Assembly (NCBI GenBank): GCA_048885535.1
Contig: JBHLLO010000061.1
Span: forward strand, 1 to 18,672
DNA from: Candidatus Hermodarchaeota archaeon
GTDB taxonomy: Archaea > Asgardarchaeota > Lokiarchaeia > Sigyniarchaeales > SOKP01
DNA: 18,672 bases
Reading direction: 5' to 3'
The translations under genes and the position numbers were made by a program. Positions 15,415 through 18,672 of this stretch are shown piece by piece. A model generated the notes under the pieces. The model saw only the letters and a program-made list of their open reading frames with translations. It searched no databases and had not been told where the DNA came from. Positions within the stretch are counted from its first letter, which is position 1; every line of letters begins with the position of its first letter.

Positions 15415-17331
15415 TTAAGGATTAAAAATCTCGGTTACAATAACCCCAAGAGAAGGAGGATTGTTCAATTCTAACACTTCACCAGTTTTAACTGCCCTAT
15501 TCAAAAACTTCCAAATTTCCGCATTATCCTTAATAGCTTTTGAGAAAAGATTTAACTTCTTTAAGCCAGGGTAGGATTGCCCTTTTATTACATAACATAT
15601 TAGAAATGATTCAATCGGGTTGATTAGGATTAAATTTTCACCAATTTTAATACGATCAATTGATTCGGAAAAAATTTCGGAGCTAAATGTGTTAAATGCT
15701 GACATGAATGAGCTAAAAAGCCAATGAAAATCCCAATCTTCTCTAAATGAATGATTAAAGTATGATATTCCAGCTTTACTCATTATTAAAAGTACAATAG
15801 GCTCTTCATCTCTTAATTCAGGTGGTTCTATAATTCCATTATGAATCATTCTGTTCATCTGTTCATTTAAACTCGCTAATTTCATTCGATCACTTATAGA
15901 GGAGTTTGACTCTTTAATTGCTTCCCATTTATTCATTTGCTTGAGTAATTCATCATGTTCTGTTGAAATCTTAATTGCAAGACGATTTAGTTTATATCTA
16001 TCAGCTATATGCTGTGCTTCAGTCAAAAATTTCCGAGCTTTATTCAACTCAAGGGTTACTAGTGCTAATCTAGCTTGTAATATATAAACTTCAGCTAATA
16101 ACGGGAAAGAATGGTTTTTTTCGGCAATGTCGCGTAATTTAGTAATATAAAGTTCAAGTTCGTCAATTATTTCAAGATCACCAGTACTTTGTAACTCAAT
16201 CAAAAGCAAATCGCATAAATTTAAAAGTGCAATTAATGTGATTTCATAGTCAATAACTTCTCCCTCGACTACTTTTTTCAACATTTCCTCAGCTTTTCCT
16301 CGATGAAGAGACCGTGTGCTAGTTTTTAAGAATACTGCTGTATCAACAAAATAAACCAAACTACTTAATTTCGAACGATTTTGAATTTCTTCCAATTGAT
16401 TAAGATATTTTTGTGCCAAATCAAGTTTCCCCTCATCCAAAGCTAAATGAAATAGGCAATCAATAGCAGTTACTCCAGATATTCCTAATTCCCTAAAAAT
16501 CTTTACGCTTTCTTCTAAAGTCTCTTGAGCAAGGTCGAATCGTCCTTGTTTACGGTATAAATCTCCAAGATTATTAAGAGATTGAGCAATTCCAAATTTA
16601 TAATCAATTTCTTTTGCGATTGCAAGGGATTTATCATAATGCTCAATAGCACTTTCCACTTCACCTCTAAAAGCAAAAATTAGACCAAAATTGATATAAC
16701 AATTAAGAACCTGTGATTTATAATCGATCTCTTTAGCATAGATTAGACATTGGTTTAGATATTGTAATGATTTCTCAAACTCACCCATATAATAATATAC
16801 ATTTTTCAATACGTCGAGTGACTCAACTAAACCTAACTTAAGATTAAGTTCTTTGTTTAAATTTAGAGATTGCTCAGCAAAATCGAGAGCCTTATCAAAT
16901 TCTCTCATCATAAAAAAAATTTTTGCTCGAAGACATGAAATCTCAGCCTCTCTTTTGATGTACTCTTTCGAAGACATTATCTGAAGATGTTTAAGAATTT
17001 TTTCACTTTGTAAAAGTAATGTGAGAGCTTCTTCAAACTTGTAAACCGAAAGATAAACCGTCGATTTTACTATGTATACATCAACTAATTGAAGGGAATC
17101 ACTTTGTCCCTGACTTGCATGATAAGCTTTATCAGCGTAATCTGATAGTTTTTCTTTATCTTTCAATTTGTCAGATAATAGACCCATAAGAATATAATAA
17201 GATATTCGTTCATAATGGGATATATCTTTCCTCTCCCCAAAGCCTTTTAAAACTTGAGAAGCTTCTTCAAATTTCCCATTTTCAATGAATTCCTTTGCAT
17301 TAACCAATTCCTCTGGTTCTAATTCAGACAT
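15415..17331 (-). CDS. Tetratricopeptide-repeat protein with a C-terminal longin-like domain
   Basis: TPR units such as INFGLIFAFRGEVESAIEHYDKSLAI and LNNLGDLYRKQGRFDLAQETLEESVKI. The last ~130 aa (PIVLLIMSKAGISYFNHSF...LFSSFMSAFNTFSSEIF...IDRIKIGE) follow a longin-like beta-beta-alpha-beta-beta-beta-alpha pattern. Confidence 0.8.
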   Translation of the reverse strand: MSELEPEELVNAKEFIENGKFEEASQVLKGFGERKDISHYERISYYILMGLLSDKLKDKEKLSDYADKAYHASQGQSDSLQLVDVYIVKSTVYLSVYKFEEALTLLLQSEKILKHLQIMSSKEYIKREAEISCLRAKIFFMMREFDKALDFAEQSLNLNKELNLKLGLVESLDVLKNVYYYMGEFEKSLQYLNQCLIYAKEIDYKSQVLNCYINFGLIFAFRGEVESAIEHYDKSLAIAKEIDYKFGIAQSLNNLGDLYRKQGRFDLAQETLEESVKIFRELGISGVTAIDCLFHLALDEGKLDLAQKYLNQLEEIQNRSKLSSLVYFVDTAVFLKTSTRSLHRGKAEEMLKKVVEGEVIDYEITLIALLNLCDLLLIELQSTGDLEIIDELELYITKLRDIAEKNHSFPLLAEVYILQARLALVTLELNKARKFLTEAQHIADRYKLNRLAIKISTEHDELLKQMNKWEAIKESNSSISDRMKLASLNEQMNRMIHNGIIEPPELRDEEPIVLLIMSKAGISYFNHSFREDWDFHWLFSSFMSAFNTFSSEIFSESIDRIKIGENLILINPIESFLICYVIKGQSYPGLKKLNLFSKAIKDNAEIWKFLNRAVKTGEVLELNNPPSLGVIVTEIFNP

Positions 17332-17601
17332 ATTTAAATAGTAATTGGAAATTGGGTTTTATACTATGATAAAATTTCTAGTAATATAATTATATCGATT
17401 CATTGATTTGAAAGTATGCATCCATTAAAACATAGATATCTGGTTAAGGGTGATAATCTTTAACCTAAAATATAATATCACTCCTTTCTTCTTATTTATC
17501 ACAAAATTTATTAAATTTATTTTGATTTTTTAATAATTTCCCTTACTTTATTATAGGAAATAAAGCAAAAAGTTATATTTACAAAGTTGTATGCATAATC
17601 T

Positions 17602-17681
17602 GAAAAAGCGCCCTTAAGAATATTTTTTTCCATTTCCATATTTTAATCACTTCCTTAATAATATTTGGAGGGCGTTTTTTC
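17602..17681 (+). repeat. Imperfect long inverted repeat / RNA hairpin upstream of the radical SAM gene
   Basis: GAAAAAGCGCCCTT(17602-17615) pairs with GAGGGCGTTTTTTC(17668-17681) using two G-U pairs, extended by AATATT/AATATT. Confidence 0.6.
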
Positions 17682-17761
17682 CTTAATTCTTAACTAATAT
17701 TGAACAACAATCTTAAATTTTTTTGTTTATTATTCAGCATTATTAAAATCTATTCAATGTA

Positions 17762-18672
17762 ATGACTGAGAAATTCAAAATTATTTATAAGGAATTTAAA
17801 TCTGCTTTAAATAAATTAAAATATCCAGATTCATGGTTTTGGGCACGATATACAATTAATCCTTATTCTGGATGTGCTCATAGATGTATTTATTGTGACG
17901 CGAGAAGTCAAAGATATTATTTAGAGCAAGATTTCGAAAATGAAATAATTGTTAAAATCGACTTAAATAAAAAACTAGAAAGCAGAATAAAAAGAGCTCG
18001 TAATCTGCTTGTTGATGTAATTGGACCTGGAGGTGTATGTGATGCATATCAACCAGCTGAAAAAGAGGTTCAAAACACTAGAAAAATTCTAAAAGTATTA
18101 GCAAAATATAAATTCCCTGTAAATATTGCGACAAAATCACGCCTAATAACGAGAGATATCGATATTTTAAAGCAGATCGCTCAGGATACCTGGTGTACAA
18201 TTGGATTTTCAATTACTACAACAAATGAAGAATTAGCAAAATTCTTAGAACCATATTCTTCTAGCCCTTATGAACGTTTTAAAGCAATTCACGATATCAA
18301 ACAAATGGCTCCTGGAATACAAATCGGGACTTACTTTATTCCTATTATTCCTTATTTAGAAGATGATGATACTAATTTAGAGGATGTTATAAAACAATCC
18401 AAAAAAGCAGGTGCTGAATTCCTCTTGTTCTCTCCAGGATTAACACTAAGAGACGCTCAAGCGCAATTTTTCATCAATAAATTAAAAAATAGTAAATACA
18501 GTGGTGCTGTAAAACCTATATTAGAGCTATATAAGGGAAAAATGCATCCTCCTATAGATTATGTTCGAAAATGTCATCAAAAACTATATAAATTATGTCA
18601 AGATTATGGATTAGCTATCCGGGTTAATCGTTGGATTCCTAATGATTACAGAAAATGGAATTATAAAATCTC
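17762..18672 (+). CDS. Radical SAM protein, SplB/Rv2578c-like family (3' partial; missing from the ORF track)
   Basis: Manual translation MTEKFKIIYKEFKSALNKLKYPDSWFWARYTINPYSGCAHRCIYCDARS...DAYQPAE...IATKSRLITRDIDIL; CxxxCxxC motif; runs to the window end. Confidence 0.9.
   Translation, partial: MTEKFKIIYKEFKSALNKLKYPDSWFWARYTINPYSGCAHRCIYCDARSQRYYLEQDFENEIIVKIDLNKKLESRIKRARNLLVDVIGPGGVCDAYQPAEKEVQNTRKILKVLAKYKFPVNIATKSRLITRDIDILKQIAQDTWCTIGFSITTTNEELAKFLEPYSSSPYERFKAIHDIKQMAPGIQIGTYFIPIIPYLEDDDTNLEDVIKQSKKAGAEFLLFSPGLTLRDAQAQFFINKLKNSKYSGAVKPILELYKGKMHPPIDYVRKCHQKLYKLCQDYGLAIRVNRWIPNDYRKWNYKI

Overview
AT-rich archaeal window, most consistent with an Asgard archaeon (Lokiarchaeia-like; inferred from gene content and protein style, not from a database search). 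The core is the conserved archaeal translation/secretion cluster on the minus strand (rps19e-PDCD5-rpl39e-rpl31e-[two inserted genes]-eif6-rpl18a/LX-pfdA-ftsY-secE), with yhbY-rnp4-nep1 and a tRNA-Gly(TCC) running divergently. Accessory genes flank it: CPBP protease, DUF6125-like, ArsA/Get3 ATPase, OsmC, membrane-anchored CocE/NonD hydrolase, ATC-hydrolase-like, TPR+longin-like and a partial radical SAM. Main finding: the archaeal dnaG gene is split inside its conserved GAIFGQ|TEGL motif by a 37-nt insertion (3556-3592) that carries two stop codons and shifts the frame. The insertion's junctions fold into a bulge-helix-bulge-like motif, and canonical cleavage of that motif restores the reading frame exactly. 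This is a candidate endonuclease-spliced mRNA intron in a protein-coding gene. The tRNA-Gly in the same window carries a 29-nt BHB-like intron at the non-canonical D-loop position 15/16, which implies that a relaxed-specificity splicing endonuclease is available.
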